A stretch of 64,000 nucleotides of DNA from Octopus vulgaris (GCA_951406725.2 OX597838.1:19344001-19408000), one strand, 5' to 3'. Counted from the stretch's first letter, positions 45,272 through 59,500 are shown. The notes: generated by a model from the sequence alone, not told the origin. Numbers and translations: made by a program.

Positions 45272-45905
45272 TCATCATCATCATCATTGTTTAATGTCCG
45301 CTTTCCATGCCAGCATGGGTTGGACGATTTGACTGAGGACTGGCGAACCAGATGGCTGCACCAGGCTCCAGTCTTGATCTGGCAGAGTTTCTACAGCTGG
45401 ATGCCCTTCCTAACTCCAACCCCTCCGAGAGTGTAGTGGGTGCTTTTACGTGCCACCGGCATGAGGGCCAGTTGGGTGGTACTGGCAACAGCCATGCTCA
45501 AATGGTGTTTTTTACGTGCAGGTGCAAGTCCAGCGGTACTGGCAACAACCTCTCTTGAATGTTTTTTTCACATGCTACCAGCACAAGTACCAGTGAGGTG
45601 ACGCTGGTAATGATCATGCTCAAATGGTGCCTTTTACATGCCACCAGCATGGAAGCCAGTTAACCGCTCTGGCAACAATCACGCTTGGATGGTGCCCTTC
45701 GTACTCCACTAGCACAGATGCCAGTCATCGAATTTGATTTTGCTTGCCTCAACAGGTCTTCGCAAGCAGAGTTTAGTGTCCAATGAAGGAAAGGTATGCA
45801 TAAGTGGACTGGTTACACCCCTGGCATAGACCACGAGGTTATTGTCTCATTTGGCTTGCCGGGTCTTCGCAGGCACAGCATATTTCCAAAAGTCTTGGTC
45901 ACTAG
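45270..45905 (-). mobile_element. SINE/short retroposon family C with (GAT)n tail (representative; also ~1372-1700, 8057-8520, 12814-12975, 14476-14655, 15775-16025, 20295-20545, 33425-33780, 35082-35600, 59755-60067, 63105-63545)
   Basis: Conserved catcatc-gtttaacgtccgctttccatgc..ctggatgcccttcctaa; variably truncated at the other end; tail repeat is the same (GAT)n as the RTE copies. Confidence 0.85.
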
Positions 45906-47288
45906 TCCTAACACTGGCTTAATGATAACTAAGTTATTTTACTAAATTCTTTGTTATATTTAAAGTAATTGAAAGTAGCACAGAGCATCTCAACAGAAAT
46001 ATAGTAATGAAATGGTTAAAATGATCTGAAGTAAAACTTCCTATTAAAATATCCTGTTATATTATGTTCCAAACAAAGGTGGTGAGATGGCAGAATTGTT
46101 AGCACACCGGGCAAAATGCTTAGCAGCATTTCATCCGTCCTTATGTTCTGAGTTCAAATTCTGTCGGGGTTGACTTTACTTTTAATCTTTTCAAGTTCAA
46201 TAAAATAAGTACCAGTTGAGTACTGGGGTTAATGTAATCGACTTCTCCTTTTCCTGAAATTGCTGGCCATTCCAAACACTGGCTTAATAATGATGGAATT
46301 TTCCCCCATTTTTAACAAACCAGTAAATACTAATATCCTTGACTGGGGATATTCCCTCGTATTCAAGTCTCTCTGACATCTCCCTCTCTGATGATGAACT
46401 ACTCAGCTTATGGAATCCTTACTTAATATGATGATTCACATATTTGGGTACTCTAGAAACAGCTGGAAGTGACAATATATCTATATTCTCTATCTAAATT
46501 AAATATCTTTTTCAATTGAAAAGGTGTTTTTGCCTTTTCATTTTTACTTTAATCTATATCTACCTGCTCAAGGAGAAACCACTTCTAGCCACTTCTGGTA
46601 GGCAATCTCAACATCACAAGTTCAGTTTCAGTTCAAACTAGAGTTTTACTGGCGGTTAGCCAAACCGAACACTCATAGTACATACCTACTATTTTATACC
46701 AGTTGACAAATGCTCTTTATACATTCTGAAAGAAAAACTGTGCATTTTAACAGAAATATGGTTACCTCATCTTACAAATGGATTCATTGGTTAATACCAT
46801 CCAGATACATTTATTTAAAAAAAAAAATGGATATGTGATGATCATGGCTGATCATGTTTGTGTGTGGTTGTGTGGTAAGAAGCTAGCTTTCCAACCACAC
46901 GGTTCATTCCATATCCAATCCCACTGTGTGGCACCTTGGTCAAGTGTTTTCTGCTATAGCCTCAGGTTGACCTTGTGAGTGCACTTAGTAGATGGGAACT
47001 GAGAGGAGCCCATCATATATATTTATGAGTGTATGTCTTTGTGACTGTGTTTGTTCGTCATCATTGGTTGACAACTGATGCTGGTGTGTTTACATCCCTG
47101 TAACTCAGCGGTTCAGCAAAGGAGACCGATAGAATAAGGACTAGGCTTACAAAGAATAAGTCCTGAAGTTGATTTCTTCAACTAAATAACCTTTTAAGGC
47201 AGTGCTCCATCATGGCCACTGTCAAATGACCGAAACAAGTAAAAGAATAAAGAAAAAGTACATATATATATATATATATATATACATA

Positions 47289-48512
47289 CACACACGACAG
47301 AAGTAAATAGACACCCTTATAATCGTTAAAATTGATTTAAATCTGAAATTATAGTCAAATTATTTATTATTATAATGTGAATATTTAATATTTAGTAGAT
47401 GTGCCCTTTGCATTTTTCAGTGCAGGGACTCTATAAGGAATGCTACTGATCACATGACGAATATTCTCTTGAGGAATTTCTTGCTAAGTTTCATGGAGAA
47501 ATCTCAAAAGATCTGGCTTTGAGGATGCTTTGTTGTTCTTCTTATGAAGTGTCCTGTCCATTATGCCCCAGAGGTGTTCAATAAGGTTCATATCTGGTAA
47601 CTGGCTTGGTCATGGAAGCTTTTTAATGCCATCCTTGTCCAACAAACCTTGGGTCTTTTTAGCTATCTGACAAGGAACCACATCTTCCATAAATAAAGTC
47701 TTCTTTAATTATTTCACCACTGGAGAAGATTGGAAAGTGTCCTTTCTCCAATATGGAGACATATTTATCTGAGTTTATGTTTTCGTCACACCCCACCAGC
47801 TCTGACCGACCATTGCTCCAAGTTGGTCCTGAGACATCACAGAATAGTTGCCGCATTTCATCGTTGGCTGCAATCTTTTCATATCAAATTCTTGATCACA
47901 GAGTCTCCAGACCCACACTCAACCACCGTCAGAAAACAGAGCAAATCTGGACTCATCAGAGAATATGACAGTGTCCTAAAATGCAAGTGGCCTCTCGACC
48001 ATCTCACTGGCCCAGTCTTTTCTCCACTTGATATTGGCTGGTTGAAGAAGTGGCTTCCTTTTTGCTGCTCTGCCATAGTGGCCAAGTTTGTGGAGATACC
48101 TGACAGCTGCTCTGGGACTTGTTCTGCTATGTCAGAGGCCTTGCAATGAGGATTATACACTTAATAAAGCAAAGAGTCCTGTCAGAGGGCAATGGTCGAC
48201 CTGCCTGAGGTGATGTGGATTCTTATCCTCTCTCTGGTGAATTGCACACAGTCACTCTATTAATTGTAGAAAATGGGATGCCAAGGTTTTCTGCGATTTT
48301 ATGCAAAGTCCACCTTCAGATTGACCCACAATACAACCTCTTTGAAATTCAGACGGTTCCTAGGCTTATTTCGTGTGTGGCATTATTAAGCAATCACATT
48401 TAGAACCTGAAACGTAAAAATGTCAATTAATAGAAAATATAAACCATTTCAAGTAAAAATAAACATAAAACGATGTTTTATGGGGTGTCCATTTATCTCT
48501 GTAATGTTTGTG
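47289..48512 (-). mobile_element. Decayed Tc1-family transposon
   Basis: Imperfect TIRs (acagaagtaaatagacaccc / ggggtgtccatttatctctgt); minus-strand remnants INSDKYVSILE, LP*PSQLPDMNLIEHLW, AKGTSTKY*; stops and frameshifts. Confidence 0.85.
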
Positions 48513-51124
48513 TGTGTGTGTATATATATATATAAATACATGGGTTTTTTTTTTTTGAGCCAAGGGACATAACTCTTAATTTAACCCTTGCTCATTGTTT
48601 TTTTTTTTAACAGCAACCACAAACCGATTGTTGTCTTTTCACGTCCAACAATAGATAGCAGTTGTCAAATTCGGGTTCATAACTGCCATCTCTGAAGAGC
48701 ACAGGGTTACATAATTAGGCTGCTATGTAACACTCCGTTGAACCATTATTGAAAAACTGATTGGTAAGATCCACCATAATGGATATATAATACCCTACAC
48801 TTTAAATATATATATATATGTATGTATACTCTTTTACTTGTTTCAGTCATTTGACTGCGGCCATGCTGGAGCACCGCCTTTAGTCGAGCAAATCGACCCC
48901 GGGACTTATTCTTTGTAAGCCCAGTACTTATTCTATTGGTCTCTTTTGCTGAACCGCTAAGTGACGGGGACGTAAACACACCAGCATTGGTTGTCAAGCA
49001 ATGCTAGGGGGACAAACACACACACATATATATATATACATATATACGACGGGCTTCTCTCAGTTTCCGTCTACCAAATCCACTCACAAGGCTTTGGTCG
49101 GCCCGAGGCTATAGTAGAAGACACTTGCCCAAGGTGCCACGCAGTGGGACTGAACCCGGAACCATGTGGTTGGTAAGCAAGCTACTTACCACACAGTCAT
49201 ATGTATACATATATATATATATTTATATGTATATATATATATATATATATGTATATGTATACTTTTATTCTTTTCCTTGATTCAGTCATTTGACTGCGGC
49301 CATGCTGGAGCACTGCCTTAAAGAGTGTTAGTACTTATTCTATTGTTCTGTTTTGCTGAACTGCTGAGTTATAGGGACGTAAACACACTAGCATCAGTTA
49401 TCAAAAGATGGTGGGAGGTGAGGGACAAACACAGACACACAAATATATACAACGGGCTTCTTCCAGTTTCCGTCTACCAGCTTTGGTCGGCCCGAGGCTA
49501 TAGTAGAAGACACTTCCCCAAGGTGCTATACAGTGGGACTGAACCCGGAACATGTGTTTGTGCAGCAAGCTACTTACCACACAGCCACAATATATATATG
49601 TATATCTATCTATCTATCTATATATCTACGTACGTACATACATACATACATATATATATATATATATGATGGGCTTCTTTCAGTTTCCATCTATGAAATC
49701 CACTGACAAGGCCTTGGTCAGCCCGAGGCTATGGTAAAAGGCATAAGTACTGGAGTTGATTTGATCAATGACTGAAAAAAGTGTAAGAATAACAAAAAAA
49801 AAAAAGTATTCATATCTGAAGTATTTTCTGTTTGTCCTGATATGTGTCTCCGTGTTGCACTTTGAACAAAATGAATCCTTTCACTGTGAAATTAAACTTC
49901 ATGATTATTTCAGTAATGATTTTAAATATATAACAAAAGAAAAAAAAGAAAAAATGGAATTGGTGTGGGGCTGGGTGGTAAGAAGCTTGCTTCCCAACCA
50001 AAAGGTTCTTGGTTCAGTCCCACTGCGTGGCAGCTTGGGCATGTATCTTCTACCATAGCCTCGGGCTGACCAAAGCCTTGTGAGTGGATTTGCTAGATGG
50101 AAGGTGAAAGATGGAAACTGAAAGGTGGTGAGCTGGCAGAATTGTTAGCATGCCGTGCGAAATGCTTAGTGGTATTTCGTCTGCCGTAACGTTCTGAGTT
50201 CAAATTCCACCGAGGTCGACTTTGCCTTTCATACTTTCGAGGTCAATAAATTAAGTACCAGTTATGCACTGGGGTCGATGTAATCGACTTAATCCCTTTG
50301 TCTGTCCTTGTTTATCCCCTCTATGTTTAGCCCCTTGTGGGCAATAAAGAAATAAGAAACATTAGCGTGTTGGGTGAAATGCTTAGCAGTATTTTGTCTG
50401 TTGTTACGTTCTGAGATCAAATTCCACCGAGGTCGACTTTGCCTTTCATACTTTCGGGGTCAATAAATTAAGTACCAGTTACACACTGGGGTTGATGTAA
50501 TCAACTTAATCCCTTTGTCTGTCCTTGTTTGTCCCCTCTATGTTTAGCCCCTTGTGGGCAATAAAGAAATAAGAAACTGAAAGAAGCCTGTTGTATGTGT
50601 GTGTGTGTGTGCATCTGTGTTTGTCCCTTACCACAGCTGGACAACTGGTGTTGGTGTGTTTACATCTCTGTAGCTTAGCTGTTTGGCAAAAGAGACCAAC
50701 AGAATATGTACCAGGCTTAAAAAGGAAATAAGTTCTAGGGTCACTTAGTTTGACGAAAATTCCTCAAGATGGTGCCCCAGCATGGCCGCAGTCCGTCTGA
50801 AACAAGCAAAAGTAGTTACGTTGCCTCAGTAAACTTAACATATCTCAACAAAAGATCAGCAGATGGAGTGGATATGTCTGATTTCTGTAGCAAAAGAAAG
50901 GTTAAAACCATCTTAATGAAGACACAATCATTGAAATGAAATGAAATGAAACTCATTATTGAAATATTTGGCATATTGAAACAATATTAAAGAGATTCAG
51001 GAATTTATGCATCAAAATAGAAAAGAGAACATTTATAAAACATGGAATTTCCACTGGCATATATATATATTGTAATATCTATAAATTGATGATCGAAATG
51101 AATTTGTTTCTCCATTTTCTTATT

Positions 51125-51169
<45 letters not shown>

Positions 51170-51273
51170 GTCACTGCTTATAACAGAATATTTTAAAGAA
51201 ACACTCATTATCGCTATGGGCTCCGTGTGGGCAGTCATCTAAAAGTTTTTGTGCATCTTGATGCTGACATAAG

Positions 51274-51372
51274 TTCCTTGTTTTTCCTGATGAGAAGGCG
51301 GCATAATGCACCCCTTATTCCTTCGAAATTAGGAATATGCAGCCTTCGAAACATATGTCAAAAATAAAGGAA
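51274..51372 (+). ncRNA. Type I hammerhead ribozyme motif (Penelope/retrozyme type)
   Basis: CUGAUGA (51287-51293), 11/12-bp stem II, GAAA (51348-51351), palindromic stem III ACAUAUGU, GUC site (C51359), extended stem I, AATAAA just after the site. Confidence 0.7.
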
Positions 51373-51886
51373 TTTTGTTAATTCGTCGTTCAACTCCATT
51401 CTTTCATTTATTTGTATTTAAAAAAACACACAAATTTCCACACGAAAGCATGTGATCTCTGCCCTAGGCATGTAGCTTCAACTGTGTTTTTCTGACGTGA
51501 ATTTGCTACCAGGTATCGCTTAACCAAATTATCCATAAGATAATTCATTCAACTACTCTTATATATATATAATATTAGGGAGTATAACTCCAAACTTACA
51601 GGGAAAAATTCAAATTAGTATTAAATCAAATTTCACAATATAAATATATAATATATATAAATTAAAGAAAAACCACTATTATGCAACTCAAACAATGATA
51701 GACATAAACCAAAACATAAATAACAAATAATATATATTTTTATAAAACATATAACTTATAACTTGAGATCTAGTTATAAGTTATATGGTTTATGAAAATA
51801 TATATTATTTGCTATTTATGTTTTGGTTTATATCTATCATTGTTTGAGTTGCATAATAGTGGTTTTTCTCTAATTTATATTTTATA

Positions 51887-51923
<37 letters not shown>

Positions 51924-53590
51924 TGAGATTTTCTTATAGTAGTGAAATAGTTAGTTTTAACTGCTATTTCTAAAATTCGGTATGTGGTGAAACAAATTTT
52001 TGCTGAACCCTAATCATAATTGTACTCATAATTATAAATTTTTATGTATAAGTTTACCAATAATGATCCTTTTAACATACTGAACTACTTGGTGTTGAAG
52101 CTTATATGCTTCAGTGACCCTGAGAACTATACCAGTGTAGCAGAAGCACCTGGTATGGCTTTCCATGCTGGACAGATTGAAGAACAGAGGCCAGATTAAT
52201 ATGGACCACCTCTGCCCAGAAGGTAAAAATGTATTTGCATAGGGCCAAGACCCTTACCTAGAAAAAGGCAAAGTTAAAGAAGCATTAATGACAATTCAAA
52301 ACCAACAAAACCTGGGAGAGAGGAAGGCCCTCCCTCGGGGAAATATATGGTACAGGGCAGCAAAAAAAAGCTGAAACCCAACTTGACAGAAGCCGAAAAG
52401 ACAACCCAGAGTAGGGCAGAGAAAGGTCATCAGAGGCCGATACTCCTTAGGGAGTTATAGAGCTTTGGATTTTTAAGACTAAGATGGTGGATGAGTAAGA
52501 TGCTTCACATTATCTACTCTGGTTCTTTGCATTCCGAGTTCAAATCCTGCTCCCTGTCACTGTAGTTGGGCAAACAAGGCATTCGAGATCCAAACGCATC
52601 ATCATCAACATCATCAGTTAACGTCCGTTTTTCCATGCTGGTAAGGGTTGGATGGCTCGACAGGAACTGGTAAGGCCTGAGCTCGCACCAGGTTCCACAG
52701 TCGTGCTTTGACTTGGTTTCTGAGACTGGTTGTAAATCTGTGGATGTGAAATTAAAAAAAAAAAAGCGCAATGGCTCGATCGGAGCAGCATCTCTCAACA
52801 GTATTTACCGACATGCATGAAATGTGAACCCTGCAACAAAAATGGGGGGAAAGAATTTCAAAGACAAAAATTAACAAAAAAAAAAAAAAAAAGGGGACAA
52901 AAATCAACAAAAAAAAAAGATAAAAATAACATGGAACCAAAGCAAACAGATTAAAAAAGATTTAAACAATTTTTCAATCTCTGGTATTATTATTATTATT
53001 ATTATTAATATTATTATTATTATTATTAATATTTTTTTCCATTGTTAATTATACAATATTTTTCACATTCGACATATTGTTTGTCTGTTTGTCAGGTTCT
53101 TTGATTTTTTTTTTCATTTTATAAGAGGAGTTTTCTTTTTAATTAATATTATTATTATTATCATTCATGTTATAATCATTATCATTATCATAATTATTAT
53201 TATCATTATTGGTTTCCTACATTTTGTACAAAGTCCTTTTTCTTTCATTCATATTTTTTTCCTTTCAATTTTTTTTTTTTTATATTCTATTCTTTTTTTT
53301 TTATTTCCTTTCCTCTTTTCCTCTTTTCCTTTATTCTTTTTCTCCTTTTTTTTTTCTTTTGTTTGCTTTCGTATGTTGCAATTGTTTTTAAATCATAATT
53401 TTTTTTTTTTTGGTTGCTTTTCAGTCGCTTTTTTCAGGTCAATTTATATGTGTGTATGTATGTGTGTGCGCGTCTGTGTGTGTGAGTGTGCATGCGTGTG
53501 TATGCATATATATACATATATATATATATATATGTATACAGATATATATATGTATATAGATATATATATGTATATAGATATATATATATA

Positions 53591-53640
<50 letters not shown>

Positions 53641-53664
53641 TGTGTGTATATATATATATGTGTG

Positions 53665-53704
<40 letters not shown>

Positions 53705-53709
53705 CATAC

Positions 53710-53742
<33 letters not shown>

Positions 53743-53753
53743 CATAAGGGTCT

Positions 53754-53815
<62 letters not shown>

Positions 53816-54393
53816 ATATATGGATGTACGCATCTCCAAGTGTACAGTAGGAAGTTTTACAACCGAAGTTGACTCTTGGGTATTTTTTTTTTTTTTGTAT
53901 TTTGTTTCTTTTGGTCTTTGTTTTGTCTGTTGTATTTTTTATTTTTTTTTTTTGTATTTTGGTGTTGGATGGGTTGAATTGGGGGTGGGGGGTGGAAGGT
54001 GGGTGGCATGGTCGGGGGGGGAGGTATTATGAAGAAACTACGAGATCAAATCTACTTGACTAGAATACATTATTATCATTATTATTATCATTATTGTTAT
54101 TATTATTTTTTATAATGGTTGTTGTTGTTATCATCATCATCATCATCATCATCAACATAACCATTACCACTTTTATATAGTTTTTGTTTGTTTTTCTTAT
54201 TCTTTGGCGTTTTTCTGTTTCCATTGGTTCATTCTTTCTTTCTTCCTTTCTTTCTTCTCACTCACCTTTTGATTTTTGGGCTTACATAATCACATATATA
54301 TATTTATATATATATATATGTGTGTGTGTGTATATACATAGATATATGTGTGTATATATATATACATATATATATATGTACATACATACATAT

Positions 54394-54470
<77 letters not shown>

Positions 54471-54782
54471 ATGTATATATATGTATGTATATGTATTTAA
54501 AGCTTTTTTTCTTTGTCGATTATTTTTTTTTTCCTTTTTAAATTCATCAATCTCATCGTTAATCTATTCACAAAGAGGTAATTAATTGGATTTCTACAAT
54601 TGAAATAGATTATTTATTGTAATTATTTATAATATCATTTTTTTTTGTCTTTGGCTGTTTTTCAGGATTTTTTTCTTTAGTATGTAAGCGCGTGTGTGTG
54701 AATGCAAATATATATATATGTATGTATGTATGTGCATATATATAATTATATATATATATATATGTAATTATATATATATAAT

Positions 54783-54854
<72 letters not shown>

Positions 54855-54988
54855 CTTATATATATATAATTATATATATATACATATGTGTATATATACT
54901 TTGTATTCGTGTTAATGTTGAATGAGTGTATATGTGTAATGTGCAATCTATTTTGAGTTAAACAATCCTTTGGACTCAGAGTCGACAC

Positions 54989-57923
54989 TCAACTCCGAGT
55001 GTTGTTGCCGCCGCCACAGTCTGTCTCTTTAGAAACGGACGAGGATAAATCTACCTCGTCAATGTTATTAGTGTTTCCAGAGTTCCGAGAAGATTTTCTC
55101 TTGAAATAGCTGCTCTTCTTTTCCAACTCTCCTGTACTGAGGGACAGTGAGTCATCATAATCGTCGTAATCATCCTCCTCCTCATCATTGTCGTCATCAC
55201 CGTCGTCACCACCACCACCACCACCACCACCACCATCATCATCGTCATCATTATCGTCGATATCCTCGTCGTCATCGTCTTCGTGGTCGTCTGAGTTTAA
55301 TAATCCCTGCACCAAATTTGTTTCGATCACGCTTTCCCGGTGACCGATTTTTTTAAATGTGAATTTGAGGTTGGAGTTGTTAGCGTCGCCGTCGTCATCG
55401 TCAATATCCCCGACGTTGCTGTCATCGTTATCAACGTCGATGGCGTCATCGTCGTCTTCATCGTCATTGACATATACATTGTCAGCGATGCCAATATCCT
55501 CAATGTTGCTATTATTGATATTTACAGTTTTCATTTCAACATCATCATCATCATCATCATCAACATCGTAATCATGACGATCCCCGCCATTATTGTCGAC
55601 GAGGTTTTCGTCGTTGTCGTCGTCGTCATCGTCATCCGTCTCGAGATCATTCATCTTGTTTTTGCTGTTCTGCTTCTTCTTCCTCTTCATCATGTTCTCT
55701 CTTTTCTTTTTGTTGACGATGGCATCAAACTCCTCTTCTTCATCGTCATCATCATCATCAACATCATCATCATCATCATCATTGCAGATCCTGAAAATGC
55801 CATCTTTCCCACCCTTGCCATCACCAACCACACAGGCGGAATCAATTCGACGGGTGATGACGTCATCGTCCTCATCGTCGTCGTCGTCATTATCAGCTTC
55901 GACACCTTCGTCGTTATCATCATTAATGTCAACGACATCATCATCGTTATCGTTCCCACTGTGGGCTAGTTGTGGTGGTGATGGTGGTGGCGGTGGCGAT
56001 ATTGGTGGTGATTGTGGTGGTAATAAATGCTGCTTCAAGTTGTCTACCGGTGATGAGGAGTTCAAATTAATCTTATGTCTCTTGTCTCGGACCATGCTCA
56101 CTAAACTGATATCATCATCATCATCAATGTCATCATCGATGCCGTCACCACCGTCAATAACATTGTCATCGTCGTCATCACCATAAGCGTCAACACTATC
56201 ATCTTGATGATGACTACCACGGTCATCATCATTAAGGACACCATCCTCATCTTCATCATCTCCAACAACACAACCATCAACATTATCACGATCATCATCA
56301 TCATCATCATCAACACCGTCGTTAATATTCCGATCATCATTGTCATCCCCAACACCATCACCACCACCACCACCACGACCATCACTCTCAATAATATCGA
56401 TGTCAACATCATCAACATCAATACCATCAACTTGGTCCTCTCGGTCAGAGGTGTCTCTATGGCCATTGCTTTTATTTTCAGACTCTTTGAAGTCATAGCT
56501 TGTTATTGTAGGGGATGTCTCTTTCTCCAAGTCTTTCGTCTTCAGATCTTTGTGTGATGCTGGCAATACCAGGTCACCATCACCTTCATGGACGTCGGTT
56601 TCCATAGCAACATCGTCCTCTGCATTTGACGTACCTTTGACTTTTGACTTCACTTTCTCCTTGACTTTCTTGTCACCGTTAGCACCACCGTCGTTTTCAT
56701 CGACATCATCCAACAATGATTCTAAATCACATCCGCTCGACACTCTCCCTTCCTCGTCTTCTGCTTCATCATCATCATCATCTATGTCGTCTATATCATC
56801 TTCATCCTCCGAGCTGGATTTCACATTCAGGTCCTCATAGGAGACGGCCGTCGACTTCAGGTCGACCATCGTCACGCCGTGATGGGAGATCAGGTTGTAG
56901 AACCGCTCGCAATCCATGGCGAGGAAGTCGGTGAGCTCAACAAATGGGTCGAGGTCAACTGGTGACCATTTGGTGGAGAGACTAGATGGTGGTGACGGTG
57001 AAATTTCAATACTGATCACGCGATCAGGATGCTTTTTCAAGCTGTGCTCGCGCACCTCTTGCTCCTCGACCGATGAAAACGAGCAGCAGCCGCAGTAGAA
57101 GAGGAAGCCCTCGATGTGCCGGCTGATGTGCTCCTCGTACTGAACAATTTGGTTGGTGCTGAACGGGCAGTCCATGCAGGCGACCTTCATGCCGTGGGTG
57201 AAGAAGTTGTGTAACGAAGTGTGCTTTGTGAAGCGGTCGATATCATTCGTCTGGAACGAGCAGGCGTTGCAGCAGAATGTCAACGATGAGTACAGATCTT
57301 CCTCCTCCTCCTCGTGGTCGGAACCGTCTAAACTGTTGTCGAACTCCTCGTCGTCATCGTAGTCCATTCCGTATGGTCCTGTGCCAAACTCTTCGAGGCT
57401 GCTATCACTTAGCCCATCACTATCATTGTCACTTCCAATGCTATTTACATCATTGCTGTTGTTGATGTTGGTGGTGGTGGTGGTGCTGCTGCTGTTATTG
57501 TTAGTGTTCTTTTTCTTCTTCTTCTTCTTCATGATCATCATCATGTTGTTATTATTTTTACCAATAGCATTACTGTTGCTATTATTATTATTACTACTAT
57601 TATTATTACCATCACTGTTATTGTTATTATTATTATTATTATTTTTATTATTATTATTATCATTATTTTTTTTGCTGCTGTTGTTGTTGATCTTGTCGCT
57701 CTTGCATGCATTGGCGCCACCGGTCAGTGGCTCTTCCTCGTTGTTCTCCAGATCTTTGCTCTTCTCTAGTATCTTCAGCTTCCGCTGTTGTGCCAAAGCC
57801 GTGGCCTCCTCTTTGGTCAGCGATGGCACCTTATCGATTGCCCTCTTTGGCGTGCTGGACAGATTGATAATTTTAATCAAAGGCTCTTTGTGATATTTCC
57901 GAATATGAGCTGTAACTCGACAT
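54989..57923 (-). CDS. Last coding exon of a C2H2 zinc-finger protein with Asn-rich linker and very long Asp-rich C-terminus; upstream exons not found in window
   Basis: ~977-codon open frame after acceptor ctttctactttcag|; starts with half finger CRVTAHIRKYH, then CNAC..HTSLH, CMDC..HISRH, CGCC..HSLKKH; stop TGA at 54989. Confidence 0.9.
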
Positions 57924-58564
57924 CTGAAAGTAGAAAGAGACACAATTACACTTCGTTAGTTTAATCAACAACTTTCTCCAATTCACTCATTCTTTCATTT
58001 TCTCTTCCAGCACTCTCTCTCTCTCTCATACACACACTGTCAGTGTTTCACTTTCTTTCTCTCTCCTTCTCTCTCTCTCTCTCTCTGTTACATCACTCTC
58101 CCCCTCTCATTTATTCCCAACTTTAACTCTATCTCACACCGTCAGTGTCTTCACTCCGTCTCTATCTCTGCGTTCCATCATTCTCTCCCTCTCTTTTATC
58201 CTCAATTCTAACTCTCACTCTCTCTCTCTCTCTCTCCCTCTCTCACACTATCAATGTCTTCTCTCTCCCCCTCTCACACTGTCAGTTTCTTCACTTCTCT
58301 CACTCTGTCTCTCTCTCTATCTATCTATCTAATTTCTTTACTACCATCAAAGGGCTACACACAGAGGGGACAAACAAGGACAGACAAAGGGATTAAGTCG
58401 ATTACATCGACCCCAGTGCGTAACTGGTACTTAATCTATCAACTCTGAAAGGATGAAAAGCAAAGTCGACCATGGCAGAATTTGAACTCAGAACATAAAG
58501 ACAGATGAAATACAGTTAAGCATTTCACCCGGCGTGCCAACGTTTCTGCCAGCTCGCCGCTTTA

Positions 58565-58858
<294 letters not shown>

Positions 58859-59184
58859 ACTCCTCCTATATCTTCCTTCCTTTCTGCATCTTTATAAACC
58901 TAACAGAAAGTAAGCCACAGCATAAGACTCAACATTATTCAACCAACCAGAAATAGCACCCAAATCTCCCTCATATCATAACCCCAATAAAAGAATACAT
59001 AAAAGGATACATCGGATAATGTAATCCAAGCTTCCCTGCTTGTAGGGAAAGGAGAGGATGGTCGTGGCTGGAATGCCTGTGATTGTAGGTCCACTGGATC
59101 AGTGATGACCTGGTGTAAATAACAACAATACTAAACTACACCATGTGACAGCACACCAAAACTATTCTATTTTACATGACACTA

Positions 59185-59446
59185 GGAGGGGGAGCTGAAA
59201 AGATTCTGTTTTTAAGGATCTCGCGAAAGACCTGGTTGGAGGCTCAACCTTCTGCTTTCTTTTACAGGGCTTAGAAAAACTGAAGGACTGCTGTAATAAG
59301 TGTGTGAATCTGAGAGGGAAATATGTTGGATAAAATCATAATTAACTGATCCTCCTGTATTTTCTTTTACCCAAAGCCAGAAACTTTTCAGCACCATCTT
59401 GCATAATATACATACACACAAACACACACAAACACACAAACACACA

Positions 59447-59500
<54 letters not shown>

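Noticed and set aside
55051-57893. Many overlapping plus-strand and alternate-frame ORFs (poly-S, poly-I, poly-M, poly-L)
   Set aside because: Shadows of the trinucleotide-rich zinc-finger exon
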